Assembly (NCBI GenBank): GCA_963555755.3 | Contig: OY820905.2 | Location: 1,440,001-1,504,000 of the forward strand | Origin: Nitrospirales bacterium | GTDB lineage: Bacteria > Nitrospirota > Nitrospiria > Nitrospirales > UBA8639 | Reading direction: 5' to 3' | DNA: 64,000 nucleotides | Shown: piece by piece, positions 10,008 to 21,726 of the stretch | Position numbering within the stretch: position 1 is the stretch's first letter | Layout: each line of letters begins with the position of its first letter | Notes under the pieces: generated by a model | What the model saw: the letters and a program-made list of their open reading frames with translations, nothing else | Told to the model about the DNA's origin: nothing | Databases searched by the model: none | Program-made: the position numbers and the translations under genes

Positions 10008-11116
10008 GGCAAGGCTGCCTCAGTCAGAGTACGCTCCCAGAGTGAAAATACTTCATTTGGTGCATAAAGCTTGACACTCTCCACCGCATTGACTCCCATT
10101 GTCTGTCGTGCTTCGGAAGAAATCATCAGCATTTCCAGTGCCTTGGCAAGAGTTGTGGGGTCATTATTGCCTTCTGCAAGTAGTCCGTTTTTCCTCGAGA
10201 CAATCAAGTCTCGAACACCAGCACAGTCTGCAAAGCCGACAGAAGGCAGACCATGGGCTAACGCTTCTGCCAAGGCATTCGGAAAACCCTCCCAAAGAGA
10301 AGGGAGGCAAAACAGATGAGAAAAAGCATACAGGTCACAGACTGACGTGTTTGTCCCAGGTAGTGAAATCCGACTGGAGAGTCTCTTATCCGCAATCAGT
10401 TTCTCCAGCTTCGCACGATCCTCGCCTTCGCCAATAATAGCCAGATCCCAACCAGGAAAGTGTGAGGCGACAATAGAGAAGGCCTTAACAAGAACCGTAT
10501 AATTCTTTTGATAGCACAGTCGGCCCACCGATAAGATCCGGAAACGTCCATCGGCATCAGGAACATCCGGGCGGGCTTTCCCCTTAGCCGGAAAGACTGG
10601 ATTGGGGATGATAACAATCCGGTCGCGCAGGAAAGACGGATACAGTTCCCTATGCCCCTCACACTGTATGAGAACACGTTTGGCAAAACGAAATGCGTGA
10701 CTGATCAGCTTCTCCCATCGCGCCTCACTAGTATAGTCAAACCGCGTAGGTGCGTTGCGCTCGGCGGCGATAACAGGAATACCCATGCCAGCGGTATAGG
10801 CCCGTATCGCTATAAACGGACCAGCCTGAAAGCAAACAATGATATCCGGTTGAAACCGCCGCATCAGGTTTCTTACGGCCATACTGCGACGAACCTTCAA
10901 CAACATGCTCGCTTTTGCTACTGGATTGCCCATATCCAACTGATGCCAGGTAATGTCCGATGCTATTGGATAGAAGGCCCTTGCACCAGCTTGATCCCAA
11001 GTGAACAGATTGACGGAATAACCCCGTGCCACCAATGCATTCATCACCGTGGTAACCATACGCTCAACGCCGCCGGCCATGTTATCAATGGCACGCGCCA
11101 CAAACATCACTCTCAT
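10004..11116 (-). CDS. GT4 glycosyltransferase
   Basis: GGVER, VGRLCYQKN and PSLWEGFPNALAEA (Ex7E). Confidence 0.92.
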   Translation of the reverse strand: MRVMFVARAIDNMAGGVERMVTTVMNALVARGYSVNLFTWDQAGARAFYPIASDITWHQLDMGNPVAKASMLLKVRRSMAVRNLMRRFQPDIIVCFQAGPFIAIRAYTAGMGIPVIAAERNAPTRFDYTSEARWEKLISHAFRFAKRVLIQCEGHRELYPSFLRDRIVIIPNPVFPAKGKARPDVPDADGRFRILSVGRLCYQKNYTVLVKAFSIVASHFPGWDLAIIGEGEDRAKLEKLIADKRLSSRISLPGTNTSVCDLYAFSHLFCLPSLWEGFPNALAEALAHGLPSVGFADCAGVRDLIVSRKNGLLAEGNNDPTTLAKALEMLMISSEARQTMGVNAVESVKLYAPNEVFSLWERTLTEAALP

Positions 11117-12072
11117 GCACTACCCTTTCGATGCATACACATTTCATGCTGAAGCCGTCGCGGACCAGTCGTCAACAGATGCGCGGAGACCGCAACAGGG
11201 TAGCGTAAGATCAGTCCAAAAAGTTCTACGAGAAACCGACCATAGCACCGCTTGAAATGCCAATACCGCAACTTCGGCCAATGCAGGGCATAATAATATC
11301 GTCTGATCGAGCGAAGATATACTTCACATTTCTGTGCCAATCTCTGCTCAGCCTCAAGGTTTTTTTCCGGTGATTTATCGACTCCGTCACTGAAATATTG
11401 CACAAATAGCGGCTCCTTCGTACCAATAAAATGTCCTCCCATTAAGGCTAGGCGGATAGCGAAATCGGCATCCTCGACCCTCCGCAGTTCAGCATCGAAT
11501 CCACCAACAGCCTCGAAAGTCGCTAACCGAGACATCAATGCGCAAGCAGGAACACCTGATCCATAAAACCACTCCTTTCGTTTGCGATAGAAAAGCAGGT
11601 AATCGGCGAGGCCGGGGCCGTTCGGCATATCCTCGCCACATGATCCGATGGCTGGAAGATCCTTGGTATAGCCATTGGGGTAATGCCGGACGCCTGCAGC
11701 ATAGCAGGCTACATATCTTGCACCGGTGCTTACTTCATAGTCTTGGAGGGTTTGGAGCTGCACGGAAATGCGGCCGGGCAAACTTGCATCGTCATCGTCG
11801 AAGAAGGCAACGAATTCTCCCTTTGCCTCCTTCAGAATGGTGTTGCGTGCCCCAGCGGGACCAGTATTGGACGCATGTTGGATCAACCTTGCCCTGGACT
11901 CCCCGACAATGGCCGCCTTGACAACAGCTAGGGAGCCATCGGTCGAGACATCATCAACGACTACCACTTCGATGTTTTGCCAGTCTTGCGCCAACGCACT
12001 GGCAATGGCACGACCAATCGTCCCTTCGGCATTGAAACAAGTTAGCCCAATGGTTACCAGAGGAGATTCCAT
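11113..12072 (-). CDS. GT2 glycosyltransferase
   Basis: VVVVDDVSTD, GPAGARN, FVAFFDDDD and EDADF; probable start MESPLV at 12072. Confidence 0.9.
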   Translation of the reverse strand: MESPLVTIGLTCFNAEGTIGRAIASALAQDWQNIEVVVVDDVSTDGSLAVVKAAIVGESRARLIQHASNTGPAGARNTILKEAKGEFVAFFDDDDASLPGRISVQLQTLQDYEVSTGARYVACYAAGVRHYPNGYTKDLPAIGSCGEDMPNGPGLADYLLFYRKRKEWFYGSGVPACALMSRLATFEAVGGFDAELRRVEDADFAIRLALMGGHFIGTKEPLFVQYFSDGVDKSPEKNLEAEQRLAQKCEVYLRSIRRYYYALHWPKLRYWHFKRCYGRFLVELFGLILRYPVAVSAHLLTTGPRRLQHEMCMHRKGSA

Positions 12073-12082
12073 CTCGAATTTC

Positions 12083-13039
12083 CTACTTCCTATGGAATTG
12101 TCTAAAAGCACGGTTCAGCCCGAGATTCCGCACCGCCAGCGACAAACGCCGTAAGGTCAGCCAGGGATAGCCCAACGCCAAGCTCATTAAGCTAAACAGG
12201 AAGGTAGGGGTACGTCCCTCCAACCACGCATGTTTGATGTCGATCCAACGTCGGCAGAAACTGTATAGACCGTATTTGTCAGGTATGTCCTGGTGTTTTT
12301 CCAGCAACATCAGGATGTAGCGTCGTTCGTCAGCCAAGCTCTTATCCGTGGTCTTGGTCATCGTCTGTACTACGAGGGGCTTAGCAATACCGACGAAATG
12401 GGCACCAACCTTAGCCAAACGAATGTTGAATTCCGTATCCTCACTGCGACGGAAAGAGCAATCGAAACCACCCAGCTTCTGATAAGTCGAAAGGCGCCCC
12501 ATCTGCGAGCAGGTGGGACACCCCCCATACCCATCATCCAGTGACGCACCCAACAAAATACGCTCGGCCACCGGCAGGCCTGCGGGAGCGGTGACGTCCC
12601 TTACGCTGTCCCATGGTAGGGGCGATCTGAACACGCCCATCAGGATAGATCAAGCGTCTGGCCGTGTAGCAAATGACGGAGGCCCCACAAGCGAAATCCC
12701 GCTCGTAATCCAGGATCCGATTGATTTGAGCATCAACCCGTCAGGCAGGCTCTCGTCATCGTCGTCGAAGAAGGCAACAAACTCGCCTCTTGCTTCTGTA
12801 AGGATCCGGTTGCGGGATACAGCAACCCCACCATTAGTCTGGTTACGATACACACGCAGTTCAGAATGAATCGCAGCCATTCGCACCAAGACCTCCCATG
12901 TCTCATCAATGGAACTGTCATCGACTGCGACAATTTCTATTGGCCGCCACGATTGTACCAGCGCTGAGTGTACAGCTCGTTCTATGGTATTTTCGGCATT
13001 GAATGCTGCGATGCCAATCGTAACTAAGGGCTCACTCAA
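12083..13039 (-). pseudogene. GT2 glycosyltransferase, frameshifted paralogue of the downstream GT2
   Basis: N-half (AVDDSSID, ARGEFVAFFDDDD) in ORF 12650..13057 and C-half (GGFDCSFRRSEDTEF) in ORF 12083..12640. Confidence 0.85.
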
Positions 13040-13040
13040 C

Positions 13041-14221
13041 TCACTTCCCCCTAGCAAGAGAGTCTAACACTTCAACCCAGCGGTCGAACTGTGCTTCAGG
13101 AGCGTAGGCAGCCATACTCTTGACCGCCAGAGCACCCCGGCGAGCACGTTCTTTGTGGTCTGCCATTGCTTGGCCAATGGCAGTGGCGAGAGTCGCTTCA
13201 TCGTCCAGCCCTTTTGCTAACCAGCCAGTTTCACCATCCTTGATGAGATGTGCACCCCAGCGGCACCTTCGAAACCCACAGCCGGGAGACCGTGCCCCAG
13301 CGCCTCGGCCAAGGAATTGGGGAAACCCTCCCACAGGGAGGGAATTACAAACAGGTGTGAATGGGTATAAGCATCGAAGATTTCGGACATTGACGGTTCC
13401 AGACGAACTCGCCCAGCCACACCTTGATCAACAGCCTGGCGTTGTAGTGCCGCTTTTTGGGGGCCATCGCCAATAATCCGAAGATCCCATGCGGGATGCT
13501 CGGCAGCCAGGCATGCGAAGGCACCGAGCAGGTGATCAAGCCGTTTCTGCACACCATCAAGGCGGCTTACCGCAAGGAGGGTGAAGCGCCCATCAGAGTT
13601 GGGCTCGTTGGGCCGAGCGTGATGCAGGGCTACGGGCACCGGGTTGGGAATAACCTCAATGCGATCACGTAGCCTAACGGGATATTCATTGGCGAAATCC
13701 GGGAACTGGACCGTGATACGATCAGCCAAATACAGAAATCCAAAACTCATCCATCGCTGAAACAGGGTATAGCGCATCCGGTACATAGAAGGAGCGTTAC
13801 GCTCAGCCACAACAAGATGTACTCCAACTAGCTTTACCGCAGTATAAACGGTTTTGTCACCACTCATGACAAAACCCACTAACACGCGGATGCTGTTGGC
13901 ACGCAGCAGGCGGGCTAAGACAAGGATACGACGTAGCTTGTCTAAGGGACCCGGATAAAAACCGAGGCGATGCCAGATGATTTTTTCACCTAATGAATAG
14001 AAGGCGCGCGCCTCTTCCTCATCCCAGGTGATCAGATGGACAACAAAGCCCCGTTCACAAAGAGCGTTCGCCAAAGCGCAGATCATGCGCTCCGCACCGC
14101 CGGCATTGACGAGCCGATGTAAATAAAGCCCTACGGGACCATGCACAGGATGAGTTATTTCTTCTTGCCTGTGTGCCGAAGCTGAGACAATTGGCCCATA
14201 CCCCTGATCCTCCAGCGTCAT
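13041..14221 (-). pseudogene. GT4 glycosyltransferase with a single frameshift near 13250
   Basis: AGGAER...PSLWEGFPNSLAEA in ORF 13217..14221; the expected C-terminus (LIKDGETGWLA...RWVEVL) is in ORF 13041..13334. Confidence 0.85.
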
Positions 14222-14397
14222 GTGCGAACCCCTTGAAGCTCCAAATAATATAGAAAAACCCCACCTGCAGATGTCGCAGCAGTTTCAAAAAAACTAGAAC
14301 TTGAGGGCGAGACGGCGGTCAACACACATTTATCATATGGATCTTGTACTGCAATCCACACTGGCTAGGAAGACCAGCCTAAAGGATCAGGCTCGAT

Positions 14398-15202
14398 TCA
14401 TTTTCGGTAAATATGCGCCCGGTACGCACGCTTCAACTGATGCAGGACACTGTGGACCGGTTTGGCGTGTTTGCGCAAAAAGGCTCGGACTCCGTAATCA
14501 AGCATCAGGAGACGAGTACATGACAAATCCAATCCTTCCAGCCTGGCCCGATATAAGAAGTCTGCTATGGAGCTGTTCTTATGAAGAAGTTTTCGCTCAT
14601 AGGGTATTACCATCACCTCGTGTGGTTGCAGGGAATTGGCCCATATTTCGATTAGGGTGCAATAACGCAACATAGGTTTTGCCATTTCGTAGAACTGATG
14701 ATCCTCGTGATAGATGACATCATCACCAGTTATCAACCGCTCTGTACGTACAGTTTGACTGATGACCTTGGCTAACCAATTAACCTGAAAACGTAAATAA
14801 ACAATCAGCGTGACTTCATGTCCCACAAGATGCCGCTCCAAGGCTTCAAACTTCCTGCGGTAAAGTTCGAAATAGGTTTGCTCATCCGGTACGTCCCAAA
14901 TGCGAGGCGAATCGCCAAAGAAGTGCTCGGCACTCAAAATCATAAGATTCGCATTAACCTGCTTCGCATCTTTGAAAAACTGATCAAAATATTCCTCGAC
15001 CGTCAAATTGGGATAGCGCGACCATCCGACAAGCGCATCGGCCACCATGTTATGGTTGCCAAGATCCAAAGGCATATCGCCAATCCTTACGCTGGGATAT
15101 AAAACACCAGCTGCTCGCAACCGTCCACGGTTGAGCGTAAGAATAGATTTGAATAGCCGAAGTTCCCGTTTTCGACTGGCCTATAGGCAATAGAATATGC
15201 AT
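14398..15202 (-). pseudogene. Sulfotransferase-like P-loop protein, frameshifted
   Basis: MHILLPIGQSKTGTSAIQ from 15202 is out of frame with the body (GVLYP, ILSAEHF, IVYLR). Confidence 0.7.
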
Positions 15203-15484
15203 CTAAGCAACGCCCGATAATTTTACCCAATATTCGTTCTCCTTCTGAAAATCAGCCTATCAGAAGGTGGCGTCCAATTTATCTCTAAGGGGCGACTATT
15301 GGCTCCAACCTCAGAGTTGTTCGTAAATAGCCCACAAGCGAATAGCTCAGATGAGTCTCATGGTCCAGACGGGAGACAAAACGCATGAGCACACGGTGGC
15401 ATACATTTTGCGGGAGCTTCACCATCTGTCATGTTGCCGAAAGCCATAAGCCTTTACGCGCATTCGCACCAGCCAAGGGCCGCG

Positions 15485-16195
15485 TCATTTAATGGCCTTG
15501 ATAAAAAATGCCGTTGCGCATCTTACCATAGCCTTATCAAAGACATCCGAAGAGCGGCGGTTGGTCTGTACTGTCGTGTACAGAAGGTCTAAGAATAATG
15601 CAGCTTTCTTGCGCAAACCCTTCCCTGGTCCAGGAGTACCGGAACAAACCATTCCTGTCGAAAATGGACCCCAAGCCAGGGGTGTAATAACGATATTTTT
15701 AAATCTTATAGCGGCCAATGTTTGAAATAACCAAGTTGGGGTTGGTCGAAAGAAATCGTCAGGATGGGCATGAATTGGAAACAGAAACGGCACGGCTGCA
15801 TAAAATTCACCCCCATGCTTCAAAACACGATACATTTCATTAAGGATAAATCCTATGTCATAAACATGCTCAAATGTATTCATTGAAATAACCACATCAT
15901 AACTCACATTTGCACAGGGAAAGACTTGTTCAGCATCAACAACCCAGGTTGGTTCAGCGCTAGGATCAATATTGATAGAGTCATAGGTATCACAAGAAAG
16001 CAAATCTCTATAACCAGCTTTGGAACCGCCACCTATATCTAACAATTTGCCTTTCAACATCAACATAGTTAAATATTCATACTCAAGAGCTCGAGTGAGA
16101 CTTATTCGACGCATTTGACGAACCATTTTTTTGTAACGAGAAAAAGTTGGCAACCTTGCCGAAGCTAGATAATTTTCCTGCCGGGAAACATTCAT
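15485..16195 (-). CDS. Class I SAM-dependent methyltransferase (type 11)
   Basis: LLDIGGG, NTFEHV, RVLKHGG and PIHAHPDDFFR. Confidence 0.85.
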   Translation of the reverse strand: MNVSRQENYLASARLPTFSRYKKMVRQMRRISLTRALEYEYLTMLMLKGKLLDIGGGSKAGYRDLLSCDTYDSINIDPSAEPTWVVDAEQVFPCANVSYDVVISMNTFEHVYDIGFILNEMYRVLKHGGEFYAAVPFLFPIHAHPDDFFRPTPTWLFQTLAAIRFKNIVITPLAWGPFSTGMVCSGTPGPGKGLRKKAALFLDLLYTTVQTNRRSSDVFDKAMVRCATAFFIKAIK

Positions 16196-16803
16196 CAGCT
16201 ATGCTCCAGTTTGACCTCAAACAACACACCATACGCAAAAAGGTTAGGCCAGCGGTTACCAAGCCACTTCTCAATCGGTTGGGAAATCGCTTTGGTTCGC
16301 CCCCTCACTGGCAGGATCATCTCATGATCAACAGCGTGTTCGTCGGCATTCATGGACACAAGCCGAAGCGCCTCATCATAGGAGAGAACCCAACGGTGGC
16401 GATCCACGATCGGCGTAGGCGGAAATGCATATTTCCCCGACAGACCACGCCCCAGCAGAAAATTCCATCGGAATTGAATGTAGTACATGTTTGGGAGAGA
16501 AATGAACACGGCCTTCCGTGCAACCCGAAATAACTCACGCAAAGCTTGGTGGGGATTCTCCAAATGCTCAAGAACATCAAGGGCAGTCACGATGTCAAAC
16601 GAATGGTCATCAAACGGCAGCTCTTCTTCGAGGTTGCATTGAATGACACCATCACCGGACGTGAGGTCCGTGCCAAAGTATTCACGGCAATTGTGCAACA
16701 AAGGCTTCAATGCCATCGTTCGACAACCTGCATCCAGCAATGAATAGTCCTTGTATTGTCGATTGATTCTTTCGGCACACATGGGAAGGCGGGCAAGAGA
16801 CAT
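16195..16803 (-). CDS. Class I SAM-dependent methyltransferase
   Basis: LLDAGC and LPFDDHSFDIVTALDVLEHL; coupled to the next gene. Confidence 0.88.
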   Translation of the reverse strand: MSLARLPMCAERINRQYKDYSLLDAGCRTMALKPLLHNCREYFGTDLTSGDGVIQCNLEEELPFDDHSFDIVTALDVLEHLENPHQALRELFRVARKAVFISLPNMYYIQFRWNFLLGRGLSGKYAFPPTPIVDRHRWVLSYDEALRLVSMNADEHAVDHEMILPVRGRTKAISQPIEKWLGNRWPNLFAYGVLFEVKLEHS

Positions 16804-16946
16804 TTGATTATCCTGCTCAACCTGGAAAACTAACTATCGTCAAGAAAAAGAATGACAACATCGTGACCTTGGGGAACACATCCGGAGGATGAAATATAAC
16901 ACAACCCAACCCTGTTCCCCCATACTGGTCAACCTGGCTGTTTGGC

Positions 16947-18080
16947 TCACTTTTTATATTCATGATGCACTTGCCGGTAATAACTAAACTGCCGAAGTGG
17001 CCGAAGCATATAATTCCCTAAAGGCAAGCGACGCTCGATCACCCTGAGTGTAGTTCTAACAGCAATTTCGGCAACCGTGCCAGGGCGTCGCATAATTTTT
17101 CGATATTTCCTCGCGATCTCTTCCCGGCGGGCAGGAGTAAGGGTTAGCGGCGTCGACAGAGCAAGTTCTTCAAGGGGAATATCCGAAAAACAGGATTCAC
17201 CAGAACCCAACCACCGTTTGGCTAATGCTTGATTGCCACTCTTATACCTGTCAGAGAGAGCCCGTTGTTGCTCATTGGTCAGACAACCGCCTCGATTCTC
17301 ACCCATCTCATCCGACACCTCCACCAACGCCCGATAAGAAAGTAGTTGGCGCACCGAACTCATAGACTTACCATTTAGGTCACGTTTGAACTCTAGTACT
17401 TCTGAGGACAACCGTTCATTTACATGAACACCCGTGGTCGCACCTTCAGGTATCTCCGAAATTCCCAAAGCCAAATCGAGAAAATCGGCAACGATGTCCG
17501 TCTTCGGATCAAAAACACGAACTTTCAAGGCTGATTCACCAAAGTTTTGTGCCCAAACTTCCAAATGCCGATAGAAATCTAATGTATAATGAGTATATTC
17601 AAGAAATTGGTCTATGGTACAGGCGAGCCCCCCAGGTTGTTTAACCATTTGATTATATAAGGACTCCACGAACAAATCTTGACGGCGTACATAACAGACG
17701 ACTTCCACTTCATGGGACGCAAGCATGGATGCTAAGGCCACGACTCGTGATTTTTCCTTCGACCAATACTCCTCGCCTGAAACAGCCCCCAGTCTGGGGA
17801 AAAAGGTGTTCATGGCAAAAAAAGACTCCCCGCTTAGGAGAAGACAATTCATGTCAGAATGTTTAGCCTTCTCGCACACATCCTCTACAAACTCCTTAAC
17901 CTCCATATATCGTTCTTGAGCAAGCCATGCCCCTAAGAAATTGACATTGCGAGCTGATAAATATTTCCGTAAACCATAATGGACATCGTACTCTCGAAGG
18001 AATTGGGTGTTTCGCGCGCAGAAGTTCTGTATACTGCTTGTCCCTGTCTTATGAATGCCAATATGAAGAACTATTTTCAT
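16947..18080 (-). CDS. Sulfotransferase-like P-loop protein of glycan loci
   Basis: LHIGIHKTGTSSIQ, LLSGESF and YVRRQD..ESLYNQ. Confidence 0.7.
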   Translation of the reverse strand: MKIVLHIGIHKTGTSSIQNFCARNTQFLREYDVHYGLRKYLSARNVNFLGAWLAQERYMEVKEFVEDVCEKAKHSDMNCLLLSGESFFAMNTFFPRLGAVSGEEYWSKEKSRVVALASMLASHEVEVVCYVRRQDLFVESLYNQMVKQPGGLACTIDQFLEYTHYTLDFYRHLEVWAQNFGESALKVRVFDPKTDIVADFLDLALGISEIPEGATTGVHVNERLSSEVLEFKRDLNGKSMSSVRQLLSYRALVEVSDEMGENRGGCLTNEQQRALSDRYKSGNQALAKRWLGSGESCFSDIPLEELALSTPLTLTPARREEIARKYRKIMRRPGTVAEIAVRTTLRVIERRLPLGNYMLRPLRQFSYYRQVHHEYKK

Positions 18081-18204
18081 ATTTCAGATTCCTAGAGTCT
18101 AGAAGCCAGATAGGGCTAGGAGCAACCTTAGGGAACAACCACCTCTTGCTTAAGGAATTGATCCTTTCCCCATTTATCGAAGGATGTACCGGTCCACAAT
18201 GGGC

Positions 18205-19125
18205 CTACTCTCTTACCGAGAAAATTTCCCGTGCCTCAGCAGCCAGAAAAGAAAGATCCGGATCGCCACCGTAACGTTTCATGATTTCCGCATAGGTTCC
18301 CCGCACACGCTCTCGATAAGCCCCGAAAGTTCCAGAAAAATTTTCATTCTCAGGAGGAGGTGGCAAGGGCTCTTGAAACTTGCTCAAAATATAAGCCGGA
18401 ACAACGAGAAAAACCCTTAACAAACGGAGCTTTAATGAAGCCTTTTTGCGTCTACCTTTAAAGAATTCCATGAGTGTGTAGCTAACGTATTTCATCCCTT
18501 CTGTTCCACTTCGAAGGTCATAGGAAATATGTGCCCAAGAATCTTTGATGGTCTTTAAAAACCTGACTTGTTTAGGCCGTGGCAAACGAGCCCGAAAGAT
18601 TCGATGGTCCAAACATATGTAGGCATTTTCGGCAGCCAACCGGTGCCAAAGGTCACGATCCTCGGCATGGTATACATTACGGTAGGGCCCATACTCCAAT
18701 AGAAAAGATTTCTTTCCGACATTAACCTGTCTCCCCGCGAGAAGAAAGTCACGGCCAAGACACTGCTCAATTCGATGAAAGAGGGTCACAACATCCTTGA
18801 TATACGGCTCCCATACATCATCCCCATCGATATGGAGAAGCACGTACTTTCCCCGTGCTTCACGAATACTAATATTTCGGGTTTCACCTAGCTTTCTCTT
18901 TCGATCACGTTTTAAAGGAATATGTCGAAGTAATGAGTATTTTTTTTCTAATTTTTCGAGCTTGGCAACGCTATCATCGTTCGATCCATCATCAACAACA
19001 AGAACTTCGTAATCCTCATCAAGCTGATCGAGCACGCTAGTCAAAGCCCGCTCTAATGTATCGCCCATATTATAATTACACATACATACAGAGTACTTTG
19101 GGAAAGATTTTTTTAATTTATTCAT
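18205..19125 (-). CDS. GT2 glycosyltransferase
   Basis: VLVVDDGSND, LGETRN, HIDGDD and AEDRDL. Confidence 0.88.
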   Translation of the reverse strand: MNKLKKSFPKYSVCMCNYNMGDTLERALTSVLDQLDEDYEVLVVDDGSNDDSVAKLEKLEKKYSLLRHIPLKRDRKRKLGETRNISIREARGKYVLLHIDGDDVWEPYIKDVVTLFHRIEQCLGRDFLLAGRQVNVGKKSFLLEYGPYRNVYHAEDRDLWHRLAAENAYICLDHRIFRARLPRPKQVRFLKTIKDSWAHISYDLRSGTEGMKYVSYTLMEFFKGRRKKASLKLRLLRVFLVVPAYILSKFQEPLPPPPENENFSGTFGAYRERVRGTYAEIMKRYGGDPDLSFLAAEAREIFSVRE

Positions 19126-20423
19126 ATTTTTTTCCATTTACATAACCCTTTAACGGCCACTTCTTTTAACTCCAAAACCGAAGGCCAATTCATAAATGTG
19201 CCAAGCCAAATTTGTAATTGACGATTAATAACGATTAACCATTTGGCATGCCTATGAAAATTTTTTTTAAATGGTTTTCCCTTTGGCTTTTCCCCACTGG
19301 AAAGTCTCTCAAATAACGCGATCCACTCCCCAGCAACCTTGGTAAACTCGTAACGTTCCCTTACAAACTTTAGTCCAACTTCCCCCATTTTCTGGGCCTG
19401 AATTGGGTCCTCTAGTAATCTGCAAATATTCTCGACAAGTGCGCCTTCAGTACGGCCAAGTAAGCCTGTTTTTCCTTGCTGAACAGTATCGAGAAGGCCA
19501 TAAAAAGCACCTGAGACCACCGCTGTTCCACATGCCTGAAATTCTAATGCACTGCCAGGACAATTCTCTGTCTGCCCTGTCGGGTTGGCGATACCAACCA
19601 AAGCCTGACTTAAAATCTCTTTTTTTTCTATCCCTAGCTTTCCCATAAAACATACTGATGGATGAAGGTCTCCTTTTTCATCAATAAGATAGGGAACAAT
19701 ATGCTTTTCTTCATAAATCTCACTGGCAATACCCCAAGGCCCTAATCTAGATCCGCTATCATATAGGGCTCCTGTACCGATGACCACAAGTCGTGCCTGA
19801 GGACAGCGATTCAACACTTTTTTCCAAATCTTAGCCAGCAAATGAAAACCTTTTTGAGGTACTATCGCTCCTAGATATGCGACGAGGCACGGATCTTTCT
19901 TTGGTCGAGAAGATGGTTGAAAACCATCGACATCAAAACCATTAACAATGTAGGTAAGCTTTTCGTAGGCTGGGGAATCCTGAATAAGGTCGTATTGCTC
20001 GTGCTCAACGCAGACGATAGCCTTCAAATATGGCGTATTGGCCATTCGTCGAAGATGGGGCATTGTTGGAGTTAAATGTAACCACCCAATAGCGGGCAAC
20101 TGCAATTCATTGATCAAGTCGAGTATTCTACTATCAACATGCCGGTGCGGTCGGTATATAAAAAATGAACATCCTTCTTCTTTAGCCGCATAAGCTCCAT
20201 CACAGACATCTTCAACTCGAATGGCGGAAACATTATCGGGCAAAAAGTCAACGTGATTGGCGAAAATGATCGGGCACAATGCATGACCGTGGAGCTTTGC
20301 CAAATAGTGCGGGAGTGCCGAAAAAAGGAACTCGGTCCCTCCGCAGCCTGGGTTGCCCAGCCGCGGATATCTTAAATCTACATCTGGAATCTGTCTGTTC
20401 GCTAGGTAAAAACCGATCCTCAT
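19122..20423 (-). CDS. GT4 glycosyltransferase
   Basis: GCGGTE, GAIVPQKGFHLL and ENCPGSALEFQACG; probable start MRIGFY at 20423. Confidence 0.85.
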   Translation of the reverse strand: MRIGFYLANRQIPDVDLRYPRLGNPGCGGTEFLFSALPHYLAKLHGHALCPIIFANHVDFLPDNVSAIRVEDVCDGAYAAKEEGCSFFIYRPHRHVDSRILDLINELQLPAIGWLHLTPTMPHLRRMANTPYLKAIVCVEHEQYDLIQDSPAYEKLTYIVNGFDVDGFQPSSRPKKDPCLVAYLGAIVPQKGFHLLAKIWKKVLNRCPQARLVVIGTGALYDSGSRLGPWGIASEIYEEKHIVPYLIDEKGDLHPSVCFMGKLGIEKKEILSQALVGIANPTGQTENCPGSALEFQACGTAVVSGAFYGLLDTVQQGKTGLLGRTEGALVENICRLLEDPIQAQKMGEVGLKFVRERYEFTKVAGEWIALFERLSSGEKPKGKPFKKNFHRHAKWLIVINRQLQIWLGTFMNWPSVLELKEVAVKGLCKWKKI

Positions 20424-20437
20424 TTTTTCAATCGCGC

Positions 20438-21289
20438 TCAGAACTGACCTAAAATAGTGCAATACTTCGGCAGGCACGCCACGTAGTTTGGGCCGCTTTT
20501 GAAGTCATTATCGGAGTAAGAAAATTTTTTAAACTGAACTCCATTCTTCCTAAGTGGACCTACGACATATCCATACCCTTCAAAGAAGATGAAGAAATCT
20601 CGCATTAAAGTATGCACATCCGCATGTGTATACCCATATTCAAACTGAATGATATCCACAACCTTTTTAGAAAGGAGGTCGGCGAAACCACCCAAGACAA
20701 AAAAATCACTTCCCTCTGTGTCGATTTTAAGAAGGTTAATCCTTAGGATACTATGATCGCGACAATAATCCTCCCCCTTTAGCGCTTGGACGGAACACCA
20801 AGAAAAGTCTCTCTTATGGTAGTCCGCACCAGAAAGAAGCGTATTGCCTCCATGATTTTCTCCATAATCCTTATAGGAAGTTTCTTCATTTCGATTCATA
20901 AGCGCAATATTATTCAAGTTGAGGGATGAATTCTCGCCAAATCGGTGTCGAAGATTCTCATACGTTTTTTCCGATATCTCAAACAGATGCCCCTCATAGT
21001 CCCGGAAATCAGTTATAGCTTTAGCGGACCAGTTACCAACATTCGCACCTACATCGAAAAAAAGAATCTTGCCCTCAAAGCCGTTTCTACAGGCCTTCAA
21101 TAGTTGAAGTTCACCATTCTCCTCAAATTCATAAGAAAATCCTCGATATATATCTATATATCTTCCAGCGGCGATAAAAAGTTTGTGGTTCACAAATCTA
21201 AGGCAACTCAAAAACCACAATATTTTATCTAACAATTTCCCTTTGAATTCCGCGATTCGCAAGTATATCCCCCTCTTTTCCAAGATCAA
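20438..21289 (-). CDS. FkbM-family methyltransferase
   Basis: FFDVGANVG, LLKIDTEG and IIQFEY. Confidence 0.9.
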   Translation of the reverse strand: MILEKRGIYLRIAEFKGKLLDKILWFLSCLRFVNHKLFIAAGRYIDIYRGFSYEFEENGELQLLKACRNGFEGKILFFDVGANVGNWSAKAITDFRDYEGHLFEISEKTYENLRHRFGENSSLNLNNIALMNRNEETSYKDYGENHGGNTLLSGADYHKRDFSWCSVQALKGEDYCRDHSILRINLLKIDTEGSDFFVLGGFADLLSKKVVDIIQFEYGYTHADVHTLMRDFFIFFEGYGYVVGPLRKNGVQFKKFSYSDNDFKSGPNYVACLPKYCTILGQF

Positions 21290-21726
21290 GATTTCAAATA
21301 AAGATGACGAACAAAGAAAATTCTCAGTTAGCGAGAACGAATCATCCGAATAAACGGTCTCAATACATGCTTCCCTCGTCTTGTAAGCCCACCCCAGCGC
21401 CCTAAGACAGCTAAAAACATGGGCACCTATCCCATAACAACGGAAAAACTTCGAAACCGATGCGAAGGCAGTCTAAACTGCAATATGATGACATCTGCAT
21501 AGTCCTTCGCTTCAACGCGACGCTACTTCATGGCCTAGTGGATATGCAGCACACAGAACTTCACTCCCATATATCAACAAAAAGATATCCTCTATCCCTC
21601 CAATATCCAGGATGTTTTAATTCAGGACGACTCAGATTGACATTTGAGATTCCTTGATTATTAAAGAAAGTCAATCTTCATATCGCTCTATGAGAATACC
21701 ATTTCGGCAAATCTTAGTTCATGACA